The translations under genes and the position numbers were made by a program. A stretch of 64,000 nt of DNA, from contig JAQGDQ010000376.1 in NCBI GenBank assembly GCA_030141605.1, forward strand, positions 124,001-188,000, read 5' to 3'. This document shows, piece by piece, positions 1 to 16,100 of the stretch. Under the pieces are notes generated by a model, which worked only from the letters and a program-made list of their open reading frames with translations, was not told where the DNA came from and did no database searches. Numbering within the stretch: the stretch's first letter is position 1; every line of letters begins with the position of its first letter. The stretch comes from Tubiluchus corallicola (Eukaryota > Animalia > Priapulida).

Positions 1-1181
1 GTAACAATAAATAAGTTGCATAGTGTTTTCACGTTATTTGTTGTTAGGTAACAAAAATATGAGTTATGCGTATATATGGTAAGTTCCTAATTGCATAAAA
101 GTTGCTAACCATGGGTAATAGTTTAAGCTGAGGGCAAACTTATAGCTTGGGAATTTTAAATGACAGATAATCTAGAAATTCACAAAAAAAAATTCAGAGG
201 ATTTTACTGAATTAATTGAGATGAATTATTTCGAAGACACACTTAGCCTGTCCTTTTTTGTGCTTTTACTTGCATCAACAAAATTTGTGCTAGAGTGTAG
301 CAGCTATTATTCTCGACTATTATACGAGTTTTACAAATTTATTAAGCAAATAATCTGTATGTACATTTAATTTTGATGCCATTTTGCAAAATAATGCGTC
401 TTTAGAAATAATCAAGGCTTGGGATTCTATTATTTCCTATTGAAAATTGTTTTTGCTTATGGAGGAATGGAAAAAAGCATTTTTTGTGTTTAGGCTTTTT
501 GGAGAGTCGTCAAAAGTAAAGGAATACTACTTGAGAAAGTTGCACTTATTGTAACTGAATCTGACTGTTAGAAGAAAAACAACGTATTGCAATTAATTCA
601 TTGTACTTGTTTTGTTGATGACTGTATGAAATCTAATTTGAAACAAAATTAATAGTTTAAGACATGTCTAAAACGTGCATATAATGGTATGCCTCATTAA
701 GGTGACTCAAAAGCTAGTAAACCTCATGCGAGAATAAATTAAATCACAGTCTGACTGCAGGATCAGAAACTGGCAATTTAAAAGTTGGTGTGGCATTTAA
801 TTTTGAAATCACAAACAGCCATTGTGGGACTACATGGCTTGATTAGAATTTGCAACTGTAAGCTTGTTTTTGCTATTTTGAATGATGTTTTAGTTTACAA
901 TGGATTCTGGTATTGTCTGCGATTTTTACAATGCAAATCGATAAGGTATTTAAGTCCTTTACATTTGATGCTGCTGCTGCAATTTTTAATATACATTTTT
1001 AATAGTTGTGCTGAGTGTGAAAAGTAAAAGGATAGGTGCCAGGAAAATTGTTTTTAACATATTTCATTTGCCGTACAGAGGAATGAGGTAATAGGCTTGC
1101 AGTATGTTAAGCTGATATTTGCTATATGTGCCTGGAAGCTGTTTCATAAATCAATGTGCAATTTCTTTTTCTTTTTTACAG

Positions 1182-4100
1182 CTCTGCCTGAAACGGTTGC
1201 TACTAATGAAGAAGTGGTGCAGAATGGTGGCATTGAAAAAGGAACAACATCTCCGAGCAATACTTCAGTTATACGTCCGTCAGTAACCTCTCCTCCCCCA
1301 TTCAATCAACTCACGGCAATCACTCCTTGTATTCATGACTTTACGTGGTAAGCCATTAATAATTTATTTCAAAGGTCTCTTAAAATGCACAAGATAGCGA
1401 TGAGCTTTTAATAGATTAATCAAATTACTCGAGATTACAACCATGTATAAATCGATATAATCAGCTATTGAACAGTAATTCACTTAATCGAGAGCAACAT
1501 ATACATGTTACACACTGACTAAAAGGCAGCATTTTAGCACAAATGAATGGAATTCTTGCATTTTTTCTTCGTTTTTCTCACCTTGCATGATGCACACAAT
1601 TCCAAAGCACAGTGTTGCAAACTGGCGCTTCTTATTCACTTTCACATGACGTGTAGTTTATATAATGATAGAGTAGTTAATGAGTGTACGTGCATATAAA
1701 AATAGTTTGCGAGTATGAAAATAGCGACGAAAGCCATGACGAAGTTTATAGGCTATATTTCAGTGCTGCAATGTTTGAAAAATATGGCTAAAACACTAAA
1801 AAATTACTGCTAAAGATTAATCGCGATCTCGAATTACAAGAACAAGATTGTTATAGAATTAGGAAATTTCAAAATCACTTGTTACTAGCACAAGAGTATG
1901 CTCTCTGATTATGTGTAGTTTATACGGTTTGCTGATCAATTCATAACACACAGCCAGATGTCGATAGTGCTGCATTTATGAAGTTTAGACTTGTACAAAC
2001 TAACAGGGGTATAGTTATCAATATGCTAATTAGGGTGCTGTATTTTGAGGGCGTCAAATTTTAGGGCCTATTGTTAAAAATTCTGATTCTCGGAAATTGT
2101 GTGTCGTTTCATATTCTGTAATTACAAAGCGTGTATTTTATAATACTGAGTTCACTTTTATATAATCGCTGTATAACAAACAAATACAACGATTATAAGA
2201 GTCGTGCAGCCTGCTTAGATATAATGTAATTAAAAATTAACAATAACCATGTGCGTACTAGATAATAGTTTCATTTCATAGTACTAAGTAGTACTTTAAC
2301 CCAGTAAAAATGCTAGCTACTAATATACCATAAGTAATTCAATGCCTCTCTTCATATATAAACAACCATAAATCCTTAAACTAAAGGGATACTAAACTGG
2401 AAAGAAGTATATACTCAGAACATTTGCTGTGTCTTATAAAAGTGATTTCATCAAAAATTTTCAAGCTGTATGCTTCACGAACTTCTAAAGATGAATTTTT
2501 ATGTATAAAAATTCCAGCTTTCACAATGTGATCAGCTCTAGCAAGCGCTATGCCATCATTGGTACATTTCTTCCCATAATGCATACATTATGACATCATC
2601 TCGTGCTCGCGTGTTTGGCCTGGGCAACTAAATACATACGCAAAGAAGCGGGACAGTTTTGCATTGTTTATAGGGAATGATGCCTAAGGTGGCTGCCAAA
2701 AAGCGGGACATATAGTAAACAGCAGGAACATGCAAAGTAAGGATAATTTTACTAATTTTTAAACAGTAGAACTGTAAAACCTTGATTTTTTCTGCTGGAA
2801 TTGATTTTTCGCATACGTTTCTCTAGCTAACAACATTCATGCAGCTTTTTGTCCCGTAATACAAACTTACCCCTCTGTGCCAGCTGCATTTAGCTGCATA
2901 TATTAGGTGAAACTCATAAAGCAATTTATGCAAGAATTTCTCGTCATTACATTACGCTCGGCACTCCATTTTCGAGTTTCTTGCATGCACAACAGAAAGT
3001 AGCAACCAGCTGGCCAATATTGACTTATTCTCAAGAAAATAATATGATGATTGAATGTTAGCCTCATTTGAAAACGTGTGACACAAAATTTAGAAAATAG
3101 GGAAAAATAAAGCATTTTTATTAACTGAAGCTTCCTGGCATAAAATAACTGAAAATTATTAAATCTGTAATGATGATCATTCTTTATCTATTGATCTTAA
3201 ATAATTTTATGTTGTTTTTTCTGCATCCGAGGCATTTTGGAGGCTTAAAATGAGATCTAAGTTAGGTTGCATTGGCTTGTCTAAATGTCAAAAAGCTGCT
3301 CAAATTTGATTTATATCAGATCTGTTTTTTTAATAAATGTCTTGGGATAATAGAATGTAGTACTATATGTGATCTCTGCAGTGGTGCAAACATATACATG
3401 CAATGCAATATGTGCCTCAAAATCTAAAGCAAAGGGTGACTTTGCAATTTAAGTGTGCCAAAATGAAGCCCTGCCTGCACACCAGGCTACTATTAGTAGC
3501 TTATCATTCATTGACAAAGAGAGTTGAAAAGTATGCCTATGACAAGTATCGCCAATTTTTTTGCTTTGAAATTAAATTATAACAAGAAGATTCTGTATTT
3601 TAGGACCTACATTGCAGAATATGAATAAGTAAAAGCAGTGCAATTAGCTAAAAATAATTTGCACTTTCTTGATATTTTTCATTTTTGTGCCGTTTATATA
3701 CGAAGTTGGCGCTCTTGCAGAAATGTTTTACAAGTGGGGTAATTGCCCTCTGCCTCCCCTGCCACCGTGCCACTGTTCTTAAATTACACGAATACACAAA
3801 AATATTAGACTGCTACTAAATTATCAATTAATTAATTCATGAAAACTCAGGAGTTTAATCTTGCATGTAGCTGCTTATGTTGGTTGATATAAGGGCTGAT
3901 AAATTTTTTGTTCACGGATCTCTAAATTTTTTCTCGCTTTTATGATGTGTTACAAGTTCATCTGTAGCTGCTAGATACTAGAAACTTGGAAGCTGACACA
4001 CTGCCAACAGATACTTCTGCATCTGTGACCTATTTATTAGACAATTTAGATAGGCCTTACTATATGGCTGATTGCATCACTGACTTCTTCGCGATAAAAA

Positions 4101-7100
4101 GCAGATTCATTTAATTTTTGCCTTTCCCAGACTAGCACAGTTAATTGCAACAATAGTAAAAGTAATGCATGCTCGTTCTACAAAAAACTACAGAAACAGA
4201 GTAAATCATGCTCATTCTACAAAAAATTTCTGAAACGGAGTACATTAACTAAACTTTGCGTCAATGATTATTACACGATTGTTCCAAGCATACAGTGTAC
4301 ACAGAATTGAGCTCGTAACTATTTCGAGGTTCAAACACTATTATAAATTACAAACCAACGAACAGATCATTTAGCACCGGTAAGCCAAACAACAAATGTA
4401 AAGAATTTTTTCAAATTGCTGTGTGCAAATGACTCAAAGCATGCGTTTCTGATCAGCTGTTTACGTATACTCGTACTGCATGCGTTGATGTCAGGACGAG
4501 ATGATGTTTTCTTGTGCAAACGTGGCCACCGCTTGGTTAACTGTTTATTTTTTGGTAAAAAACAACGTATTATACCTTCAGTGAAGATATTCGCATAGTG
4601 CAAAGTCACAATATGTTGATAACTTTTAATAAATAAATTAAACTTAAGTTGTATTACAGTTTAGAATCGCCTTAATGCAGATGGGCAGGACTGAACTATT
4701 GGCCTAGGGCATTGTAATGTCTTGATATGCCTCTGTAAACTAATTTAAATTTGCTCCACTTATTTACTGGAACTTTGGTTTTTGTTATAAGAATGCAAAA
4801 AAACGAAAAAAAATTAAGTTTGCTATTGAAATTGATCAGTGCTGTATTTGCTGTAATGTGCTAAAATGTTACAAAAATATTGGTGAGGTTATAACATCAT
4901 ACTACTTTGCAATTTGAGCATATTACATGATGGAACTGACGTTTACTTGTGAATATGTGGATTTATAGTGCCTGTATGGTTAAGTTTTGCTTATTGAATA
5001 TCAGTTTAGTGAATTAACTTCAAAAGTTAAACAGTGTCAAGCCTGGTCAGTGAATGATGAGTGACCACTGAGAAACTTCTTGCTGTTTTCATATGCCTCT
5101 GGCTATTTTCCTCATTGAAGGACGGGTGTACAGTATATTCTTCTGAAAGTGGCTAACACCGCTGTAAGTTCATTGTATTGTCTTAGAGGACTATCCTTTA
5201 TAATAATCAGTGTTTCAGTCATGCCATGAGTAATCTTCAACAATAAGTCATAACCCCTGCTGTGCATTGAATGATGGCTTGCAACTTGCAGTGTGTCACT
5301 TGTATAAAAAAATGTTGAACTTTTAGTATGCTTTGGACTACCTTTAGTCTATAGGTCATTCAGTGACTAGGAAAAATCAGTAACTAACTAGTAACGCAAA
5401 TCACTAACAGCAATTTCCTAAATTGGGAAAAGGTGAGAAACTTCACTGTGTATATTTCGTTATCATTAATGTACAATCAATTTCGGCAAGCAGTGAAATG
5501 GTGACTATTTTAAAAAAGATGAAAATAACATTCTGAATCACAGAACTTATGATAAATAAATTTCTTATGACAAATGGTAATATTTCCATAGATTGCACAG
5601 TATAACACCATTATAGCGAACATGGTTCATTGCTTACACACAGATAATGCAAATTCACAAAAGAATGCAAACTTTCATCGTTTATTTAACTAGTATAATG
5701 ACATTGAATACAGTGTACTTGGTTATTGTGTGTTGTGGACTTTTTGTTGGGCCTATTGCATGCATTAATATGTGTTTATAAGTTCTAATTGTGCACTTTA
5801 CCTTTATTAGCCGTTTGCAAATTAATTTACAGTTAAATTTAACTGGTCATTCTTGGTTGTGGAAAACAGTTGTTGGCCATGCAGCATGTATAATTGTTAA
5901 CTTGTGTTGAAAATTTATTTTGTCTACCAGCTGTATAAAAACAGCGAGTCACTCAGGGACTTGGCACCCAGCTGTTTTAGGTGAGTACATTGGCAGCTCA
6001 TTCCCGAGACGTTATGTCAAGTGATGAACCGTATTGCAAAAACGTTTTACACGGGAACAAACAGAAATTTTGTGCAAACAAAAGTAACTGATCTTTTTGT
6101 ATCTCATTAACTTTGCTGAACATGCCACATAAATTTTTAAGTTGTTACTGAATGTTTACATACAGTTTAATATGAAACATTCATTAATTTTTAATTTATT
6201 GAGATCAGTTAAAATCATTGAATTTGAGTATACTGCAAAGTAACTGATACTTGTTAACATTTTTGAAAAGGACTTTACATCTTCTGAAGACGCATATTGT
6301 ACATTATTATTTATGCACTTTTATTAATTGTTATCTAGTAGTCATATACATTAGTTGCACGTGCTTATAGAGTGCCTTAGTTATAGACCATTTTGGGGGG
6401 TCCCTAGTACAGTTGCTATAATGATGTTATACTGTGCTGAAACATTGCACATTAATTGTGAGTTGTAACTGAATTACTTAACTTGGTGTGCAGAGGCATG
6501 GCATTTTAAGCCGTTTCCCTGTTTGTTTCAGGTTTCCAAATGATATTAAATCGTTACTTTTAGGAAAGAGTATACCGGAAAGTGAAGTGTTAACTCCAAA
6601 TGTCATTAATCTTTATGTTAGTGCAAATGCTGCAGGTAAGTTAAATTGTGAGACATAATTTAGTATAGCGAACTAAAACAAGTCTTACAAAGGTGTGACT
6701 GAGTCAATACCGGAGCAGAAGTAGTGTAATAAAATTCGCTGTCCCATATGAGAAGCATTCATGTGTTTGCTGTCACCTATTTTCTGTTGAATATCATTTC
6801 TTTTTCAAGTTTTTGCAATAAGCCTTTTTATAGTTCCAGCGATTGATGATGGTCGTCTCAAGCTATTGTAATAGTAACAGTTTTAACAGCTAGCTAGAAC
6901 CTTTCCTGGTTCATTTTTCTTTGTTCCAAAGCCAGGTCCTTGTGGTAAATCACACTAATGCATAATTAAGTAAAGTCCACGTAAAACGTTACTGAAGTGA
7001 TGCAGCTGACGGCTTTGCTTTACCCATGTGTCACGTGACGGTTCTAGTTAAGACTCGTTATTGTGGTACACTTAACCTTTGACCTACAGCAACTGTGTGC

Positions 7101-10100
7101 GTGCATAACAAAACTGTGAAGGCTTATTAATTAATGATAGAACTGGTTGCACCTTGTTGATCCATTGATGATATCATACAAATGATGAAAATTTCATAGA
7201 ATAAAACCTGAACCAAAGATAACATTTAAGAAATGATATTTCAGCATTATGCTTGGAAGGACAAAAATTGCACCTTATTTGAGAATAATCATCATAAGTG
7301 TACAAGTTTTGCAATATTTTAATGTGAAAATAATTAACGAAAAAATAAGAGGTTATACAAGAAATTGAGGCTTTTGTTGTTTTTGTTTCTGCAAGAATAA
7401 CAAGATATGACTCGCATAGAAAATGTTTTGTGCTTGTCAAAGACACTACTATTTTTCATTGTTTCTTTAGACTCTAGCATTGAGCGCAGTTACTTGTACG
7501 AAAGAGTTTATCCCAAGCTATCCTTGTACTGTGCCGAAAGAGGATATCAACTCCATGTAATAGACCTTCACTGGGGTATTCAGTCTGAAGTGAATCATTT
7601 GACTTACCTTCAAAGATTGTGCTTAGCTCAGCTCAGTCAGGCTCAGAAGTTGCCATGTATATTCACGGTAATTGTTACTGGTTTTCTTGTTTTGTTACAA
7701 TTTTTCCTTTGTACTCTCTTACAATTGTCTCATACAAGACTAAGGAAATAAATTTTTGATAAGGGTAATTCTTGTTAGTTCCTAAGATTCACTTTGAGAT
7801 TTAAACGATCCTAAACGAGCTGTCGGAATGCGGCCTCCGGACAAGCTTAAAAATCACCTGTTAATTGGTGTTCCTGTTAAGGGACCTTATCAAAGATACT
7901 AATGTTTAGAAAGCGATTAAGCCTTCTTTCATAACAGCAGCATTAAGGATTTGACAGTAATATAATGTATGAGAAACTTAATGCTTACAAAGCCCACAAG
8001 TAATTATGGAAGGTTTGAGATCACTATCATCTGTTTGCGTCATACATTACATTGAGAAAACTGTTAATTGACCTTTTTTGGTGATTGTTCTTTCTGTTTG
8101 CTTTTCAGTGCAACAGTAAAATTCACAAAAAGTTCCACAAGTCAAAGACTAAAAAAGTGATCCCTTAATTTTGGAACTAGGGCTGCACTACACAAGCTTA
8201 AGTAGCTAAGTGCTATTGTATGTAACAAAAACAAATAATTAAAATGTGTAATTGTAATTTCTTCAATTTTGGTTTCCAGCTCTTCCTAAATGAATTGTAT
8301 GGAGTTGTATTACCCCCTTGCATATCTAAGGATGATTTTAACCAAATCATTTCGTCAGTAAAATCGGATGAACAAAGTGAGATGTTGAAAAAATGGTATA
8401 AAATAGATCACAATATAACACCGTCCACATATTGCCTAGCAGATTCACCCTTAGACAGGAACACATCAATAAACATCATGGATGCACTTTTCAAGAACAT
8501 GACATCAGCTCAGCGTGAATCATATCTTTGTTCAGGTGAGATTGTAATGCATTAAACAGAGTTTGGACAATAAATATATGCTACATTGTATACACTCAAA
8601 AAGCTGAATTATAAATAATCTTTATATGCAGGAAAGCTGCAAAAGAGAATTTTTTATTTTAAAATGTTTGCAGTAGCCTCCGTAATATATTCTAATGTCC
8701 TATAGGGAGTACATATATTACACAACTAGCTGTATGCAGAATTTTTTTTGTAATACATGCTTAATGCACTCAGCCACAGTGCTGGATGTTGCTATAATAT
8801 AGACAGTCAGTGTTATGATGGTGTATTGCTATTCGGCACCGTAAGTGACGTAAATAATAGCAACTTTTTATAATATAATAAGTCTAAACTGCCTAAACAT
8901 CATTCACATTCTATGCCTATATCACCATTACCAGCATTAGGCAGTCTTTGGTTAGTGTGCTTTACTGTGATACTTCTGTGCCCTAGTAATTTTTTAATTC
9001 CTATGTTAGTATCTGGCAGAAGAAGTTAACCAAGTAGCTTCTAGACGTGATATATTAACTGATATATACAGCGGTTCTCCTATAACTATCTTTTAGAATC
9101 TGTATAAATAGTTTGTTATTATAATTTTTCGTGAGTGTTTACTTTGAGTTCCTGTTCAATATTTCAGTTATGGAACACGAAATCAGGCATGGAATCTTGC
9201 ACGATAACTTTGATCCTGACTCCGTATTGTGGGTTAATAGAACATTCAGTAATGTCGGTGAAAACAATCCAACACTTTTCAATGATTACATAGACAATTT
9301 TGCTAACCACAGTGAACTAGGTCAATTTATTCAAGAACGTCTTATGCAGCTACGCAATAAAGTACACCATCGGTTGCTGATGAACCGCAATAGTGCTCTG
9401 AAGTATGAAGTGAAATGGAGTCATGAGGGTTTTAACCCTGAAAAAGTTGCTGAGCACTCGGAGTATATTGATCGATTGTGTGGTCAGTTTGAGGACAGTA
9501 TAGTTCGTATTATTGACAAATTGATAAGAGATTGTCAAGAGAAAGACGATGAAAAACCATATAAACGTAAGTGTATATATTTTTTTGTAATTATGTTTGC
9601 AAACTTAGTTTGTATTTACCCATGGTTTTACTTATAAAGTCGGAGGTATGTTTGTTTGTCTGACTACACAAGTCTGGAAAGGTATTGATACATTTTAGAG
9701 TAATTCCGTGAGGGGATAGGCTGTGGGTGAAGGAAGAGATTTTGTCATGAAAAAAGAAAGATTGGAGTTATTTTTGTTTTATAGAGTGCCCTTTGTAGCA
9801 CTACATTTTTATTAATATAAGCTACTCGTGCCCTGTGATTTTGTCAATAATCTTTCAAAAGTGTTTTCTGTATCATGGAGATGAGTGCAGTGGCATCAAA
9901 GGTGCAAATGTGATTATAGCATCTTCCTCGTGCAGGATGGAATCACCTTTTGGCTTACAGGTAGTGATCCTTTACGAAAGCTTTATATGGTTTTTATGAA
10001 TACATACATTTGTTGATGAAAGCAGTACCTTATTCTGTTTGTGTTTCCTTTGGATAGCTTGGCATACATTTGCAATGTATGGCACTCATTTGTAGCATAC

Positions 10101-13100
10101 ATTTGCATTAATGGCACAGTGATGGCATGATCATCTCATAGCTGAACACTGATTTGTCTAATTTAAGAGTGTAAGCATTTTTTAGCAGCATTTCCATAAA
10201 ACTTTTTGCTTAATGCAGTTAGTACCTTTTGCAGACTGTATCTAATCCTTGTCTATCCAATCCGGACTATAGAGTACGATTGTGTTTGACAAACTAGGAT
10301 CCTTGACAATGAACAATGTCATCCATTTTCCATTTGTCATTATTGCAGCACCAGTTTTGTTGCTGTCGTCGTCACATATGTTGTTTGTCCATCACTTGTT
10401 GATGTTTCACTCAGATTGCACATTGGATCTAAAAGCATTTGTAATGGTCAAGATACAGTATAATATAAATGTTTTTCGGCATTTTTTTTAATACCTCGCT
10501 TAGCCTGTTTAGAAGAGAGACATATTGTAAACTAGAAAATGTTTTGTGAAAAAGTGAGCTAGATTTTTGAGAATTGAGCTACAAGGCATTTTTTGTTAAA
10601 AATTACAATCAATTAAAAGATTGAAAATTAGAAAATCTCAAAATTGCATAATTTGAAAGCAATATGTTTTTTAAGTCAAACTACAATTATATGGTACGTA
10701 GACAATAATTTCATTAAAACAACAAGTCTTAAATTATCTAAAACTATTATTTCAAATATGTGAGATTAGGAAGGAGATGATAAAAAGTAAATTTTTTCCA
10801 TGGGATCGAGATCATCTTTGATGTTATAATTTATGTTGTGAACTTGTTGGTTTTGTGAATCTGTTGTTCTATAATTTAAGGGTATCAGGCCGAAGAAAAC
10901 ATTTTTATTTAGTTTATATGTTATCTGAAGGTTAGGTCTTGAAGTTCGGATAATGTGGCTAGGAAGAAGTGATTTTAGTTTTAGTGTTGTTGTAGGATCT
11001 ACATTTCATTCTTAGCTGTAAAAATCAAACAATGAAGACAGGGATTAAAATATTATAATAGACTATGATATTCATTGCACTGAATGCATGGTGAATGGTG
11101 ATAGATAACAAATTGGTTAGACGTCGCATTATGAATTATCATATAATTTCTACGTTTTAACTGCAAAGAAACAACATTTTAGTTTATATAATTTAGCATT
11201 TTTAATTGTTACATTTTACATAACTAACTGCTATGCACGGACAAATGGGAAACAGTTATATGCCCTGTATCAAATGATAACTGTTTTCCAGGAAGAAACT
11301 CCCTGAGCAAGCTTATATATATCATGTATACTGGTAAAACCAGTTTAACTAGGATTGAGGAATCACTTCATGACCAATTACGAAGTTAGTGGGTTGTAAC
11401 ATTCAGTGTACTATGTAAATCTCTTATTTTATATGCCTTTAAATCATTCTAGTGTAGTCTATCACTTTTATAATACACCTTAACATACAGTATTGGCAAA
11501 ATAATTAATTGCATTCAGAATGCTCTTTCCGACACATGGAGCAAAACTATTTTTATAAAGGGAAGTTTTGCACCTTGATAAATGAAATAGTTTTAATTGT
11601 CAAATGTTGCAAGTGTTTGTGTTTGTATTCCTGAAATGATATTTTACAATGCAGAATTCTAAGCGAATTACACAGATTGCGAATTTACATTTGCCTAACG
11701 TAATTGACTACCAGCTGAACAACAAAATTATATAATTGTAAACAAAACTAATGGTGTGGATAAATAAAACTAGCACCACTGTCTTTAACTGTATGATGAT
11801 AACTTATTTGCATTTATAATTATTGACTTTGATTTTTCATCATTAACCCTTTTACTACGTAGTTACTTTTTAACTGGGCCTTATTGTGTTTTGCACGTTT
11901 GACAGTAACTTCTCGTGGTGTGTTACTAAAACAGAATCTTATAAATAAACAAATAGTCGTCTGTCATTAAACACTAATATTGAATATTAATTTTATTTGT
12001 ACACATTCTCACACATACGTGCACACATGTATTTACTCACGCATGTGGAAATCTTCATAAATAAATGCGTACTTATATTTAGAAACCAATTTCCACAGAA
12101 GTTATAATACTAATCCATATTATGCAATCATTTTATAAGAAATGCAGATCAAACCCACTAAACACACATTTCACCAACCAATCAAAAAGTGATTTTGCGT
12201 GATAACGTACTATATAATACAGTATTGTGAAATACACCTGGCTTCAGATGCTAATTGGCTGGTTAGTGTTATTTGTTGCGAAGCGAGCCTAATCCCACGG
12301 CTATTAAACTTTTCCACAATGTTTTTGCATGACTGTAGCAGCAAAATAAACTGACCTGAATGACTGCGCTTAGTGCTGAGCTTGGGCGGCAGTCTACCGC
12401 CTTCTGTAGTGAAAGTGTTAAACCACTGCTCTACAAACACTTGCTCAGTGTAAACGAAGCGACAAAAGTAGGTGATGTCTTTCATTTGCTGATCACTTAT
12501 GCATGTGCCGGTATGTGTTATGAGTAGTATTATCCAGCATTTTATGGACAGGCCTAAACTGAATAAACTGATGCATCATCAAACAAGGTCGACATGCTGC
12601 TGCAAACTGCCATTATGCGACTTAATCACTAATATCTTATGCAACTGGTAATTATTGCATCAGGCCTTCCTTGCAATATATGTAAACATTTTCAGCACAC
12701 ATTAGTGTTACAGTTTACAGTATTAATGAATTAATATAATAAGCTGTACTCATTGCATATTAAATGCTGTATGTGAATTTGTCTATGTTGCCATTGATTT
12801 TTGTGTGAAATAAATAACTCTGTGAGTCCCAGCAAATGCTTTTTTGTAAGCCATTTTTCATTTTTAAAATTGCTTTAGGACATGTGCATTCATTTGATTT
12901 TAGGTATTTCTGATAAGTTATATGAGGATTTGTCAAATAACTACATCTACTGCAACAACTTGGGGCAACAAAGTCTCCTACAGCGCACTGAGCCACTTCA
13001 GCGTATACAGGACTATGTGACTGATAGTAAAAGTAGTCATGTTCTGATAATACATGGTAAACCAGGCAGTGGCATAGGAACAGTTCTTGCTCATGCAACA

Positions 13101-16100
13101 CGTCATTGCCGTATGTGGTTGCAAGATAGCATCTGTGTGTATAGGTAATGCTTTGTTGAAAATTTCTATTGGCTGCACATATTAAAAAATTCCAATTTGT
13201 CTGATTTTATGAAAAATGTGCTTAATATTGATATTTAAAGAAACCCTGCAGTTCTGACGTTATATTTTGATCGCTGTCAGTAAACAAGTGGAAATGACTG
13301 AAATGCATAATTTCTGTGTTTTCTGAAGGTTATGTAATCTGCTAACCCTAAGTTACTGCATACTTTGGTAGTATGCATTATTTGCTATACTTTTTATACA
13401 GGTTGAATATAGTAATGCTGGTTCTTTAATGCTGGCAAAACAGTTTGGTGGGCTTATAGGCCTTATACTTAAAAAAATAGAAATGCGATTTGTGGGCGAG
13501 AATATAAAATTCGCCATTGTTATGGAAATTTAAGGCATTTTACACTAGCTTGCTAGTAGGTAATAATCTGGCGCGTAGATTCACGACCTACTGGTATTTT
13601 TTTATTTAATTTGAATATGTTAGCATTACTGATATATGTTGATATGCCTTGTGAGAAAATATTGTCTAGTATTACATTAATAATTTACTATAGAAATAAG
13701 AGCACTAGCATTGTTTGTATCGCTTAAGAAAACTTAGTACAGCAGGATCCAAGTACTTTAGAAAAGTAGACGCCTGCTGTTGAATAATCTGATTAAATGC
13801 TGTAGTTTAATACTTGATTTCAGACAGTTTCAATAATGATCAGGTTTTTGAACTGTTTACGGTGTTTAGCATGACTGAATTTGCAATTGGGATCAGGTTA
13901 CTTTAATTCAAATTCGAGTTCACATTAATAGTAACCTAACTTAAGAACTAACCAGAAAAACAAATCTTTTTTTGGTTCAAATTGATGAAAGTCTTGAGCT
14001 TGTAGTTATGTTCTATGGAAAAAGATAAAGCAGAATGAGCAATTTGTAAAAAAAGCGCAAAACTACAGCTTCTACAATATAACACTTTTCAACATATAGG
14101 ATAGCAGAATCAACAATGGCATGATCGTTTGGTTGAGGGTAGAACTACACATATTAGAATGAAGTGTGAACTGTTGTGATTACAATAGGACGATGTTAAT
14201 CAGATATTGTTAAAATTCAATAGTATCATTTTGATAATAATTTCATAAAATGTCTTCACAGCAAACATCCAAATACAATTTGACAACAATTACAATGACT
14301 AATAACAGGACTCACAATAATCGCTAACAGGATTGATTGCTGAAAATGATGATCAAATTGGCTGTTTTTTCTTGTTGGATGCCTATAAATAGATTGTTCC
14401 GCTGTTCCATTACAAATGCATTGAAGCTATTTTACTCATTTCATATAGGTTTGTGAAAGTATCTGATGGACAAAGCTTAGGAGATGCACTGCGCAGCATT
14501 TGTGAGCAAATTGCTATTCTCTATGACTTACCCGTTGGATGGCAAATGAAGGTGAAACTTTTCTTATCCATCTTTTACAATCCTTTATCATTTGCTTTTT
14601 CAAGGTTAGCTTTGTGAATGCATCATTATCTACATACAAGTTACATTTTTAACCACAGTTTCACGTTGGCAGTAGTGCTTGTTATTTGTTTGTATATGAT
14701 TGTTTTATTTTTATTTAATTTATTGCTCTTGTTTTCTGTCTTCAGTAAAAGTAGTTATAGCTGTTGCATTGCACAATATACAAATAACAATGTTAACATG
14801 TCTCACAATGCTAACATATGACATCCTTATAACTTATGTTGTCGAACTGAGTTTACTAGACAAGAAAACCGCTATGCCTAGTCAATTTTTAGTATCTTTT
14901 TAAGAAACTAAATTTCCTAATTTTGGAGAGCTGATTGTTTTGTGCCTTTTAGGATGTTTCCACAGTAGAGAGGTTAAAGTATAGATTAATATTTTCTAAA
15001 TTTGCTACAAATGACTAAAAGGCAAGAGGCATACTACAGGTATTTAACTGTCTCAGTCATGTATTTAAGACGACCTGTAGACATTATGCCCATATTGAAA
15101 CATTAATTTTAAAACATTATTAACTGACCATTATTTAATCCATTTTGCCAGTCTTTTTTGAATTAAAAAAAGTATTTTTAATAAAGAGTTTAAAATAGAT
15201 CTTTTTAAATTATCTACTTTTATAGGAATCTCTGGCTGACGTAATTCACCGGTTACCACCAAGCAAAACATTGGTCATATTTATAGATGATATATCTGCA
15301 GAAAAAGCTTATGATGATGTACATGGATTAGACTGGATTCCGGGATCTTTACCATCTACTGTCAAACTGATTTTGTCTGTGCGCAATGATTCAAAGTGTT
15401 TTTCAGATTTAAAGGTGCAGCTAAGCTTCAGTTTTATTTGTAGCCTTTAAGTTTGTTGCATGTGTGCTAACGCTTTCACTTTGGAAGAGAGCTCTGAGCT
15501 TTTTTTAATGGTTAAGATTTTTGATAATTTTTCTTGCCAGTAAAACATGTTTAGTAACATAAAATGTTTCTTAGCTTTTTAGTTAGGGTTGAATTGATTG
15601 GTGTTTTTACATATTAGTTAAGTTGTGTTCAATGGAAGTGGCAAGAATTTTAGCAAGTTTTCCTGCTAGGCATATCTCGTTTCTTCTTAAAAGATATCAT
15701 TTCATAAACAAATTATCCAATATTTAGTGTAACCAAGTCAGAAGAAAATGTGCACTGTTATTCTACTTTTTAAATTAACTCTTCCATTTTTAACTTAGTT
15801 TGTTTCTAGCGAAAAATAAGGCAGTCAATTTTTTTCACCATTGAAAATTTGATGAAAATGAAAGCACATTTATGACTTCTATGATATTTATGACATCTTG
15901 CAGTGCATATATTGGTCTGGCACTGCATTTTTCTACAATACATGATCACTGCTGATAATTGTATGTCAGCTTTTGTAGTCACATTTTATTACTCCGTAAC
16001 AAGTACAACAAACAGCACAAAATTTTTGTAATAGCATTTTTAATTTTTAATTTTTTAACTTTTTAAATTAACTCTTCCATTTTTAACTTAGTTTGTTTCT

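Noticed and set aside
3379-3775. Possible MITE bounded by CAGTGG...CCACTG
   Set aside because: Flanks (gatctctg versus ttcttaaa) show no TSD and the TIR is too short.
785-4609. Short ORFs in the track, many with TTG/GTG starts
   Set aside because: Intronic and AT-rich with no recognisable motifs. Only the 1182-1347 part of ORF 1097-1351 fits a spliced model.
5015-5085. Functional 5S rRNA gene
   Set aside because: Partial and heavily diverged; kept only as a SINE-like fragment.
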